Source: an uncultured Rikenellaceae bacterium | GTDB lineage: Bacteria; Bacteroidota; Bacteroidia; Bacteroidales; VadinHA17 | Assembly: GCA_964613785.1 (NCBI GenBank) | Contig: CAZTJT010000010.1 | Location: forward strand, 33,567-97,566 | Reading direction: 5' to 3' | DNA: 64,000 nucleotides | Shown here: positions 47,801-56,252 of the stretch, piece by piece | Layout: each line of letters starts with the position of its first letter | How positions within the stretch are numbered: position 1 is the first letter of the stretch | Program-made: the position numbers and the translations under genes | Notes under the pieces: generated by a model | Told to the model about the DNA's origin: nothing | Databases searched by the model: none | What the model saw: only the letters and a program-made list of their open reading frames with translations

Positions 47801-49189
47801 ATGAAGGACAACGATCAGCATAATGAATTTCATCATGCTTTAAAAATGCACGAGCATTTATGCACAGGTTGCACTCATTGCATGATTGTTTGTCCAACAA
47901 AAGCCATCCGTATCAGAAACGGCAAGGCAATTATTATTGCCAGCAGATGTGTTGACTGCGGTGAGTGTTACAGGGTCTGCCCTGTATCTGCAATAGGTGT
48001 CGAACAGGATGACCTTGTAATGATACTCAAGTTCCCGGTCAGGGTAATCCTGATCCCCAGCGTATTTTTAGGCCAGTTTTCGCATAAGATTCCTTTCGCA
48101 TCGATCTGCAGGGCGCTTGCCAGAATCGGATTCACCCATGTTTATCTGGTGGAGAATACTGTCGATATGGTGCTGGACTCATACGATGAATATGAAGGGA
48201 GAAATGAAAACCGTCCTTTGATATCTTCTTTTTGCCCGGCTGTCGTAAGGCTGGTACAGGTAAGGTTCCCGTCGCTTGTTGAAAATATTATGAAGGTGAA
48301 TCCACCGATCGATATGTCGGCATTCTATTATAAAGACCATCTAAGGAGTTCTGGCATCCCCGAACAAAACATAGGATTGTTTTATGCAACTCCGTGCGCA
48401 GCAAAAATTGCAGCTATTAAAAGTCCCGTCGGGGAAATTGAGTCTGTTGTGACAGGAGTTGTAAACATCAACTTTCTCTATAACAAGGTACGTCAACTCC
48501 TTCATAATGATGAGACAACCATTGGATTGCCGGAAACGGACGATCTATTGAGTTCCAGGGGTATATTGTGGAGCCTTACACGCGGGGAATCGGCACATCG
48601 TAAAAAACGGTCATTGTCGGTAGATGGTATAAGAAATGTTACCGAGATCCTGGAAAGTGTTGAAAATGAAAAACTTGAAAATATCGATTTCCTGGAATTA
48701 AGAGCATGTGATGAAGGATGTGCCGGAGGAATACTCCTGCCAGGTAATCGCTTTGTAACTGTTGAAAGGCTAAGAAAACTTGCATCAGATTATTCACAAA
48801 AAGAAACAGACAGCAAAAGAAAACTCTCTGACGGTTTTATCAATCTTAAAGAGCAAAGCTTCCTGGGTAAAATCGAATCGAGGAATATCGAAAAACTCGA
48901 TGAAAACTTGTTTGCGGCCATGAAGAAGATGAAAAGAAAACGCAGAATAATGTGCTTTCTTCCGGGCTTCGATTGTGCAGCCTGTGGTGCACCCGACTGT
49001 CAGACACTTGCAGAAGATGTAGTTAAGGGCTATGGACAACTGTCGCATTGCGTCTTCATGCAGCAGCAGATGGTAAACCAGAAACTTCTGAGCCAGAAAA
49101 AAGCATACAGCATTACCGAGGAAGTATGGGGAGCTGACAGACTGAAGAAAAATTGCAATAAAATAGGAGCAGAAGATGAAAACATCTGA
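47801..49189 (+). CDS. Sensory-type [FeFe]-hydrogenase homologue (2x[4Fe-4S] ferredoxin domain + H-cluster domain + C-terminal Cys-rich Fe-S motif)
   Basis: 462 aa. CTGCTHCMIVCP and CVDCGECYRVCP form a ferredoxin-like domain. H-cluster motif equivalents are SSFCPAV (canonical TSCCP), ATPCAAK (MPCxxK) and ELRACDEGCAGG (ExMxCxxGCxxG). The C-terminal CFLPGFDCAACGAPDC resembles the RnfB/CdhE N-terminal putative Fe-S cluster motif. Confidence 0.85.
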   Translation: MKDNDQHNEFHHALKMHEHLCTGCTHCMIVCPTKAIRIRNGKAIIIASRCVDCGECYRVCPVSAIGVEQDDLVMILKFPVRVILIPSVFLGQFSHKIPFASICRALARIGFTHVYLVENTVDMVLDSYDEYEGRNENRPLISSFCPAVVRLVQVRFPSLVENIMKVNPPIDMSAFYYKDHLRSSGIPEQNIGLFYATPCAAKIAAIKSPVGEIESVVTGVVNINFLYNKVRQLLHNDETTIGLPETDDLLSSRGILWSLTRGESAHRKKRSLSVDGIRNVTEILESVENEKLENIDFLELRACDEGCAGGILLPGNRFVTVERLRKLASDYSQKETDSKRKLSDGFINLKEQSFLGKIESRNIEKLDENLFAAMKKMKRKRRIMCFLPGFDCAACGAPDCQTLAEDVVKGYGQLSHCVFMQQQMVNQKLLSQKKAYSITEEVWGADRLKKNCNKIGAEDENI

Positions 49190-49511
49190 AATAGTTAATC
49201 GGTTGAATCTTGACATAATTGCCGGAGGTAACGGTATGCAACGGGATGTCACCGGAGGCTATGTATCCGATCTTCTAAGTGACGTTATCGGGCATGCAGC
49301 TGAAGGTAACATCTGGATAACGCTGCAAACACATCAGAACATTGTTGCGGTGGCCTCCCTGAAAGAACTGTCCGGAATTATTATTGTAAAGGGCTCAACG
49401 CCCGATGCAGATACAATTAAGAGGTGTAACGAAGAGAATATACCCCTGCTGTTAACCGATTTTGATACATTCAGGATCACCGGGGAATTATATAATTTAC
49501 TTCTAAAATGA
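49176..49511 (+). CDS. DRTGG-domain-like protein (paralogue 2)
   Basis: 111 aa. It shares SDL(L/M)SDV at residues 31-37 and the C-terminal F.I(S/T)GELY with the 47035 protein. Its start overlaps the upstream gene by 14 nt. Confidence 0.75.
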   Translation: MKTSEIVNRLNLDIIAGGNGMQRDVTGGYVSDLLSDVIGHAAEGNIWITLQTHQNIVAVASLKELSGIIIVKGSTPDADTIKRCNEENIPLLLTDFDTFRITGELYNLLLK

Positions 49512-50242
49512 AATTATTCCGGGCCGATCTGCATATACACACCTTGCTGTCACCATGCGGCGAATTGAGCATGAGCCCGGTTAATATAATTAATATGGCA
49601 ATCCGCAAAAAACTTGACATTATAGGAATAAGCGATCATAATACCACAAGGCAGAGCAGCCTTGTCAGAATGCTCGCTGAAAAGAAAGGTTTATTCGTGC
49701 TGCGGGGAGCTGAGATAACAACTAGAGAGGAAGTACATTGCCTTGCTTTCTTTGAAGATAATGACACCATCCTCCGCTTTCAGGAATTGCTTGACGAACA
49801 TCTGCCCAACATACCAAATAATCCACTGCTGTTTGGTGATCAGATTGCCGTCGACGAAAATGAGAACATAATTTATACTGAGAAAAAATTACTGACGAAT
49901 GCCGTAAATCTGTCGCTTGAGGAACTGGAAGCATGGGTACATGGCAATGAGGGAATTTTTATTCCCGCTCACATCGACAGAATGAAAAACAGTCTTTTCA
50001 GCCAGCTCGGATTTCTTCCAGAAAATCTGAAAGCAGATGCACTTGAAGTTTCGAAAAAAAGTTCACCGGATCTTTTCATGAAAAGCCACCCTGAGGTCAG
50101 CAACTATACTCTGATTATAAATTCGGATTCCCATTTTCCCGAGTCTATAGGAACAGCTTATAACAATTTCCTGATGGAAAAGGCAACTTTTAAGGAAATT
50201 CAAATGGCATTGGCATGTATAAACGGCAGGAAAATATGCTGA
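49508..50242 (+). CDS. PHP-domain metal-dependent phosphoesterase
   Basis: 244 aa. ADLHIHTLLSPCG and IGISDHNT are the N-terminal PHP His/Asp motifs, followed by later IPAHIDR and NSDSH. ATGA overlap with the upstream gene. Confidence 0.85.
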   Translation: MKLFRADLHIHTLLSPCGELSMSPVNIINMAIRKKLDIIGISDHNTTRQSSLVRMLAEKKGLFVLRGAEITTREEVHCLAFFEDNDTILRFQELLDEHLPNIPNNPLLFGDQIAVDENENIIYTEKKLLTNAVNLSLEELEAWVHGNEGIFIPAHIDRMKNSLFSQLGFLPENLKADALEVSKKSSPDLFMKSHPEVSNYTLIINSDSHFPESIGTAYNNFLMEKATFKEIQMALACINGRKIC

Positions 50243-50243
50243 T

Positions 50244-50798
50244 ATGTTAACACTGGCATTAAATATACTTGATATTGTGCAAAATTCCATAAGAGCCGAG
50301 GCGTCGGAGATAGAAATTGGAGTAACTGAATCTGCCACCGGCGACATAATGGAGATTACCGTAAAGGATAACGGTATTGGTATGCCTCATGATCTTTTAT
50401 CCAGGGTTACGGACCCGTTTGTAACTACGAGAAATAAGAGACGGATTGGACTGGGCATTCCTCTTTTAAAATATCATGCCAACTTGGCCGGCGGAGATCT
50501 TATGATTGATTCGCGTGAAGGTTATGGAACTATTGTGAATGTCACACTAAAACTTTCCCATCCCGACAGGCAACCACTTGGCGACTTGGCGGGAATGATG
50601 ACAATTCTCATGTCGTCCAACCCGGGAATTGACTTTCTTTACACCCACAAAACCGACAGAGGAAAGTACCGTTTTTCATCAAAGGAGGTCAGGCAATATC
50701 TTGGCATTGATCACTTCAGCAACTTTTCGCTGCTAACAGATATAAAGGAAATGTTAAATAATAACCTGAGGGATATAGGGGCTTCAGGTTTTAATTAA
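50244..50798 (+). CDS. Histidine-kinase-like ATPase (GHKL) protein without phospho-acceptor domain
   Basis: 184 aa. N-box IVQNSIRAEA, G1 DNGIGMP, G2 IGLGIPLL. It starts 1 nt after the PHP gene stop. No DHp, receiver or HTH. Confidence 0.75.
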   Translation: MLTLALNILDIVQNSIRAEASEIEIGVTESATGDIMEITVKDNGIGMPHDLLSRVTDPFVTTRNKRRIGLGIPLLKYHANLAGGDLMIDSREGYGTIVNVTLKLSHPDRQPLGDLAGMMTILMSSNPGIDFLYTHKTDRGKYRFSSKEVRQYLGIDHFSNFSLLTDIKEMLNNNLRDIGASGFN

Positions 50799-50896
50799 AG
50801 TAAATGATTTATTTCTTTTGAAAATGGCTAACATTAGGATAATTAGAATAATATTATATAACTTAATCAATTTGAATTAACTAAATAATAAGTGAA

Positions 50897-51298
50897 ATGT
50901 CACAGATCAAATCTCTCGCCGATCTCAGAAAGAAACGCGAAGAAATCAGGACAGGAATGGATATCAGGATCAAGGCTATTGATCCTGAAAATCATGTTCA
51001 GATAAAAGTTGCAATGGCAACATGCGGAATTGCCGCAGGAGCAAAGGGAATAATGGAATTTTTTGTTGAACAACTCGACAGGAGGAATATTCAGGGTGTT
51101 GTTACACAGACAGGATGTATGGGTTATTGCTATGCTGAACCTACTGTTGAAATTACTCTTCCGGGAAAGGAACCGGTGGTTTATGGTTATGTCGATCTGA
51201 AAAGAGCCGATCAGATTATAGAAAAATACATTAAGGAGGGTGAGCTTATCGACGGCATCATCCCGGTAAATTATGAAACGATAGATTCAAAAGAATAG
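50897..51298 (+). CDS. Thioredoxin-like [2Fe-2S] ferredoxin domain protein
   Basis: 133 aa. The Cys pattern MATCGIAAG...GCMGYCYAEP is typical of the stand-alone 2Fe-2S protein encoded in bifurcating hydrogenase operons. Confidence 0.85.
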   Translation: MSQIKSLADLRKKREEIRTGMDIRIKAIDPENHVQIKVAMATCGIAAGAKGIMEFFVEQLDRRNIQGVVTQTGCMGYCYAEPTVEITLPGKEPVVYGYVDLKRADQIIEKYIKEGELIDGIIPVNYETIDSKE

Positions 51299-51309
51299 GA
51301 GGATAGCAA

Positions 51310-53103
51310 ATGTCAAAATACAGCATGCATCTTCTGGTATGTGGCGGGACAGGCTGTCATGCTTCTGAAAGCGATGCAATTTTGTGGAATTTAAGGGATG
51401 AGCTGGAGGCCAAAGGATTGTCGGATAAAGTCCAGGTGATCCTTACCGGCTGTTTCGGATTTTGTGAAAAAGGTCCCATTGTTAAAGTGATGCCCGACAA
51501 TACATTCTATGTTCAGGTAAAACCTGATGATGCACAGACAATTGTCGAAGAACACATTATAAAGGGAAGAAAAATTACCAGGCTTCTCTATCATGATCCC
51601 ACAACAAAAGAACCGATAGGGGATTCAAAACATATGGGATTTTTCAAGAAGCAGCTCAGGATAGTGCTCAGGAACTGCGGATTTATCAACCCTGAGAATA
51701 TTGACGAGTATATTGCCAGAGACGGGTATGAAGCTCTCGGAAAGGCACTCTCAGAAATGACCCCTGAGCAGGTTATTAAAGTCATAAAGGATTCAGGTCA
51801 GAGAGGCCGTGGAGGAGCAGGATTTCCTACAGGATTCAAGTGGGAAATAGCCAGCAGGAACAAGTCTGATCAGAAGTATGTAGTCTGCAACGCCGACGAA
51901 GGAGACCCGGGTGCTTTCATGGACAGGTCGGTTCTTGAAGGTGATCCTCATTCGGTCCTTGAGGCAATGGCAATATGCGGTTACAGTATCGGTGCATCAC
52001 AGGGTCTTATTTACGTACGTGCCGAATATCCTCTTGCAATTCAACGACTGCAGATAGCTATTAAACAGGCACATGAGTACGGACTTCTGGGTAAAAATAT
52101 TCTTGGAACAGATTTCAGTTTTGACATTACGCTCAGATTCGGCGCAGGCGCATTCGTATGCGGTGAAGAAACGGCACTTATACATTCAATGGAGGGGCTC
52201 AGGGGCGAACCTACAATCAAACCCCCATTCCCTGCTGAATCAGGATTCCGTGGAAAACCCACCAATGTGAATAATGTTGAGACTTTTGCTGCAATTCCGG
52301 TAATACTGCTTAAAGGTGCAGAATGGTACAGTCGAATCGGAACCGAAAAATCAAAGGGGACCAAAGTGTTCGCCCTTGCCGGCAAAATAAACAATGTGGG
52401 CCTGATTGAAGTACCGATGGGAACCACACTCAGGGAAGTCATTTTCGAGATCGGGGGAGGTATAAGAAACGGCAAGAAATTCAAAGCTGTACAGACAGGA
52501 GGGCCCTCAGGAGGCTGCCTTACAGAAAAACATCTTGATGTGCCAATCGATTTTGACAATCTTGTGGCTGCCGGATCAATGATGGGCTCTGGAGGGATGA
52601 TCGTCATGGATGAAGATGACTGCATGGTTTCCGTAGCAAAATATTACCTCGACTTTACAGTTGAAGAATCGTGCGGAAAATGTTCTCCATGCCGTATAGG
52701 TAACAAGAGATTGCATGAGCTTCTCAATCATATATGCGAAGGAAAGGGAAATATCAGGGATCTTGACAGATTGCGTAATATGAGCCTGGTTATCAAGGAC
52801 ACATCTCTTTGCGGACTGGGACAGACATCTCCGAATCCGGTCCTGTCGACACTCGATAATTTCATGGATGAGTATATCTCGCATGTGAGGGATAAGAAAT
52901 GTCCGGCCGGTAAGTGTAAGGATCTAATGGAATATTATATTATTCCTGAAAACTGCGTCGGTTGCACGGCATGTGCAAGGGTATGCCCTGTAAATGCAAT
53001 ATCAGGTGAAAGGAAAGAAATTCATTACATTAATCCTGAGGTCTGCATAAAATGCGGAGCGTGCAAGGAGAAATGTAAGTTTGATGCAATAATTATCAGA
53101 TAA
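51310..53103 (+). CDS. hydB: NuoF-like flavoprotein subunit of a HydABC-type (electron-bifurcating-type) [FeFe] hydrogenase
   Basis: 597 aa. N-terminal 2Fe-2S Trx-like module (LLVCGGTGCHA), an FMN/NADH-binding 51-kDa core (GRGGAGFPTGFKWE, ESCGKCSPCR) and a C-terminal 2x[4Fe-4S] domain (CVGCTACARVCP, CIKCGACKEKC). Confidence 0.93.
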   Translation: MSKYSMHLLVCGGTGCHASESDAILWNLRDELEAKGLSDKVQVILTGCFGFCEKGPIVKVMPDNTFYVQVKPDDAQTIVEEHIIKGRKITRLLYHDPTTKEPIGDSKHMGFFKKQLRIVLRNCGFINPENIDEYIARDGYEALGKALSEMTPEQVIKVIKDSGQRGRGGAGFPTGFKWEIASRNKSDQKYVVCNADEGDPGAFMDRSVLEGDPHSVLEAMAICGYSIGASQGLIYVRAEYPLAIQRLQIAIKQAHEYGLLGKNILGTDFSFDITLRFGAGAFVCGEETALIHSMEGLRGEPTIKPPFPAESGFRGKPTNVNNVETFAAIPVILLKGAEWYSRIGTEKSKGTKVFALAGKINNVGLIEVPMGTTLREVIFEIGGGIRNGKKFKAVQTGGPSGGCLTEKHLDVPIDFDNLVAAGSMMGSGGMIVMDEDDCMVSVAKYYLDFTVEESCGKCSPCRIGNKRLHELLNHICEGKGNIRDLDRLRNMSLVIKDTSLCGLGQTSPNPVLSTLDNFMDEYISHVRDKKCPAGKCKDLMEYYIIPENCVGCTACARVCPVNAISGERKEIHYINPEVCIKCGACKEKCKFDAIIIR

Positions 53104-54893
53104 TGGGAAATGTGATGGAAACAGTAAAACTTACTATTGACAATAAGGAAATTGAGGTACCTAAAGGTACTACAATATATAAGGCTGCTAAACAGCTGGG
53201 TATAGAGATCCCCACCCTTTGCTACCTCCACCTTGAAGATCTTGACATCGAGAACAAACCGGGAGGATGCCGCATTTGTGTTGCTGAAGTACAGGGCAGG
53301 CGTAATCTTGCGCCAACATGCTCTACCAACTGTGAAAACGGAATGGTTGTGAAAACACATACCACCAGAGTACTTAATGCACGTCGTACGGTCATGGAGT
53401 TTATTCTTTCCGACCATCCGACTGACTGTCTTGTTTGTCCTAAATCGGGAACTTGCGACCTTCAGAATATGGCTCACCTTCTTGGCATAAGGGAAATTCC
53501 TGGTTCAGAATATGCTGAAATGTCGACATATAAATCTGATACCTCCCCATCCATTGTCAGGGATCTCGACAAATGCATAATGTGCAGAAGATGCGAGATG
53601 ATGTGTAATGAGGTTCAGACTGTCGGGGCATTGTCAGCCGTAAACCGTGGATTCATGGCAGCAGTGGCTCCCGCCTTTGAGCAAAACCTTGAACATTCAA
53701 CATGCACTTACTGCGGCCAATGTGTCGCCGTATGCCCTACCGGTGCACTAACTGAAGTAGATCATACTCCTGAAGTACTCAGGGCACTCGCCGATCCGAC
53801 AAAAACAGTAATAGTTCAGACTGCACCGGCCGTACGAGCAGCCCTTGGAGAAGCATTCGGGATGGAGCCGGGTACACTGGTCACAGGTAAAATGGTTGCG
53901 GCATTAAGAGTACTCGGATTTGATTATGTCTTCGATACTGACTTTGCAGCTGACCTGACAATCATGGAAGAAGGCACAGAACTTCTTGACAGGATCAAAA
54001 GGCACCTTAATGGCGATACCACAGCCAGGCTACCTATACTTACATCGTGCTGCCCCGGCTGGGTTAATTTCTTTGAAGAATATTTCCCTGACCTCAAGGA
54101 CGTTCCTTCAACTGCCAAATCACCCCAGCAGATGTTCGGGGCAATCGCAAAATCATACTTTGCCCGGAAGATCAATATAGACAGAAAGGATCTGGTTGTA
54201 GTCTCAATAATGCCATGCCTTGCAAAAAAATACGAGTGCCAGAGAGATGAATTCTCAATTGACGGGAACAGGGATGTTGACTTTTCGATATCCACCAGAG
54301 AGCTGGCTGCATTTATTAAGCAGGCAAATATCGACCTGAACAATCTGCAGGATGAAGAATTCGACGCACCACTCGGCGAATCGACCGGTGCCGGTGTAAT
54401 TTTTGGTACCACCGGGGGTGTGATTGAAGCCGCATGCAGAACCGCTTATGAGATCTACACAGGCAAAAAGCTTGAAAAAATAGAATTCACCGAGCTCAGA
54501 GGGCTTGAAGGTGTCCGCTCAGCTACTATCGATTTCAACGGACTTCCGCTAAATATCGGAATAGCTCACGGCCTTGGAAATGCAAGAAAACTTCTGGATG
54601 ATGTACGCTCGGGCAAATCACAGTTCCATGCCATTGAGGTTATGGCCTGCCCCGGAGGTTGTATAGGAGGTGGAGGACAACCGGTACACCATGGTAACTC
54701 CGAAATAATAAAAGCCCGCGCTGCAGCAATTTATAAGGAAGACAGTAAAAAACCACTGCGCAAGTCGCACGAGAATCCATTTATTATAAAGCTTTACGAA
54801 GAGTTTCTTGGTCATCCCAACAGCGAAAAAGCACACCATCTGTTACATACCAGATATTTCGACAAGAAAAAGAAAATCATTGTAAAACAGTAG
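53103..54893 (+). CDS. hydA: [FeFe] hydrogenase catalytic subunit (M3-type, with C-terminal small-subunit-like tail)
   Basis: 596 aa. N-terminal 2Fe-2S (CRICVAEV), a His-ligated and two ferredoxin-type clusters, and H-cluster motifs TSCCPGW (54042..), MPCLAKKYE and EVMACPGGCIGGGGQP. Its ATG overlaps the hydB stop (TAATG). An alternative ATG at 53115 is possible. Confidence 0.95.
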   Translation: MGNVMETVKLTIDNKEIEVPKGTTIYKAAKQLGIEIPTLCYLHLEDLDIENKPGGCRICVAEVQGRRNLAPTCSTNCENGMVVKTHTTRVLNARRTVMEFILSDHPTDCLVCPKSGTCDLQNMAHLLGIREIPGSEYAEMSTYKSDTSPSIVRDLDKCIMCRRCEMMCNEVQTVGALSAVNRGFMAAVAPAFEQNLEHSTCTYCGQCVAVCPTGALTEVDHTPEVLRALADPTKTVIVQTAPAVRAALGEAFGMEPGTLVTGKMVAALRVLGFDYVFDTDFAADLTIMEEGTELLDRIKRHLNGDTTARLPILTSCCPGWVNFFEEYFPDLKDVPSTAKSPQQMFGAIAKSYFARKINIDRKDLVVVSIMPCLAKKYECQRDEFSIDGNRDVDFSISTRELAAFIKQANIDLNNLQDEEFDAPLGESTGAGVIFGTTGGVIEAACRTAYEIYTGKKLEKIEFTELRGLEGVRSATIDFNGLPLNIGIAHGLGNARKLLDDVRSGKSQFHAIEVMACPGGCIGGGGQPVHHGNSEIIKARAAAIYKEDSKKPLRKSHENPFIIKLYEEFLGHPNSEKAHHLLHTRYFDKKKKIIVKQ

Positions 54894-54930
54894 TATAGAA
54901 CCTTCATGGTCAATAATAAAATCCATTGCT

Positions 54931-55413
54931 ATGTCAAGTATTAAAATAGAATTAAGACAGGAAGATATCGACAAAATCAAAGAAATATGCGCTTCCTTTA
55001 ATAAAGATCCGCAGGAACTCATCAATGTCTTACATGGCTGCCAGGAACATTTCGGATACCTTCCGGCAGAAATCCAGGAGGTAATATCCTCTGAGCTGGG
55101 TATTCCTGTTGCAAAAATCTACGGAGTTGTTACATTTTATTCGTTCTTTACAATGACTCCAAGGGGAAAACATCCCATAAGCATCTGTATGGGAACAGCA
55201 TGCTATGTAAGAGGTGCCGAAAAAGTGCTTGAAGAATTCAAAAAAGAACTACATCTTCAGGTGGGGCAAACGACAAAAGACGGTAAATTCTCACTTTCGA
55301 GCCTCAGATGCGTCGGCGCCTGCGGACTTGCTCCCGTGGTGCTCGTAGGAGATAAAACCTATGGCAGGGTAGCTCCCGATGATGTTAAGAATATAATCAA
55401 GGAATATGATTAG
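54931..55413 (+). CDS. hydC: NuoE-like [2Fe-2S] subunit of the HydABC-type hydrogenase
   Basis: 160 aa. CMGTACYVRG...CVGACGLAP is the NuoE/24-kDa 2Fe-2S pattern. Confidence 0.9.
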   Translation: MSSIKIELRQEDIDKIKEICASFNKDPQELINVLHGCQEHFGYLPAEIQEVISSELGIPVAKIYGVVTFYSFFTMTPRGKHPISICMGTACYVRGAEKVLEEFKKELHLQVGQTTKDGKFSLSSLRCVGACGLAPVVLVGDKTYGRVAPDDVKNIIKEYD

Positions 55414-55446
55414 TTTTTCAAATGATTGGTTTTTAGGTTGACAAAG

Positions 55447-55480
55447 AACCGGGAATCCTTAAGATTCTCGGTTTTTTTTT
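55447..55480 (+). terminator. Rho-independent terminator of the hydrogenase operon
   Basis: AACCGGGAATC-cttaa-GATTCTCGGTT forms an 11-bp stem with one G-U pair, followed by a T9 run. Confidence 0.75.
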
Positions 55481-55550
55481 CACTCTACTTCAAGTATACG
55501 ATATTATTAGTAACTTTAAAGATCAGAATTTATCATAAAATGAGCTAAAA

Positions 55551-56252
55551 ATGAATCTTCACAATAGGGCATTTTTTTTAAAAACATTAGCATTTCTCCT
55601 GTCAGCCATGCTTTTTTCCGGTGCAGTATCTGATCTCCCTGCCCAGGAGAAATCATGCGTTGTCAAACATCCCGCTTTATCGGGAAATTATTCCGGTGAC
55701 TGTAAAAACGGCTTTGCTGACGGAAGAGGAGTTGCTGAAGGAACTGACAAATATTTTGGTCAGTTCAGAAATGGCATGCCTCATGGCAAGGGAACATACA
55801 CATGGGCCGACGGTTCTTATTATATAGGCCACTTTCAGAACGGTCTCAAAGAAGGAAAAGGCAAACTTGTAAGAAAGGATTCAAGTATTACCGGCATCTG
55901 GAAAGCAGACAGGTACGTTGGGGAAAAACTTGTCCCCCCCTACCAGATCAACAGAAGTGTCAGCATTACACGATCGACATTTAAAAAGCTTGCCGGATCA
56001 GGAAACTATATCAGGATCAAATTTACCAGAGGAGGCGTAGAAAATATTGATATTATTGACTTCTCACTTGCTCATGACAGCGGAGAACAATACCGAATCG
56101 GACAAAGTTACGGGATTCAGAATTCACAGTTCCCCCTTGGAGTAATAGTAAGATTCAGAGCCTGGAATTATTTCCATTCAGCACAGTTTGAAGCCAATTT
56201 TGAATTTACAATTAACGAACCCGCAAACTGGGAGGTCAACGTTTCCTATTAA
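55551..56252 (+). CDS. Secreted MORN-repeat protein
   Basis: 233 aa with a signal peptide. Tandem MORN-type repeats are YSGDCKNGFADGRGV, YFGQFRNGMPHGKGT and YIGHFQNGLKEGKG. Confidence 0.8.
   Translation: MNLHNRAFFLKTLAFLLSAMLFSGAVSDLPAQEKSCVVKHPALSGNYSGDCKNGFADGRGVAEGTDKYFGQFRNGMPHGKGTYTWADGSYYIGHFQNGLKEGKGKLVRKDSSITGIWKADRYVGEKLVPPYQINRSVSITRSTFKKLAGSGNYIRIKFTRGGVENIDIIDFSLAHDSGEQYRIGQSYGIQNSQFPLGVIVRFRAWNYFHSAQFEANFEFTINEPANWEVNVSY

Noticed and set aside
48794-54412. Antisense ORFs across the hydrogenase locus (48794..49252, 52041..52625, 52576..52884, 53025..53477, 53924..54412)
   Set aside because: Each is opposite a strongly motif-supported gene (the HydS-like gene, hydB or hydA). None has a motif, signal or plausible start context, so I treat them as shadow ORFs.
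56236-56252. Convergent 3'-end overlaps (MORN protein with YgiQ here, 17 nt; TPR protein with the LTXXQ protein at 62757..62771, 15 nt) as antisense regulatory features
   Set aside because: Short convergent stop-region overlaps are common in compact genomes. No hairpin or other signal accompanies them.
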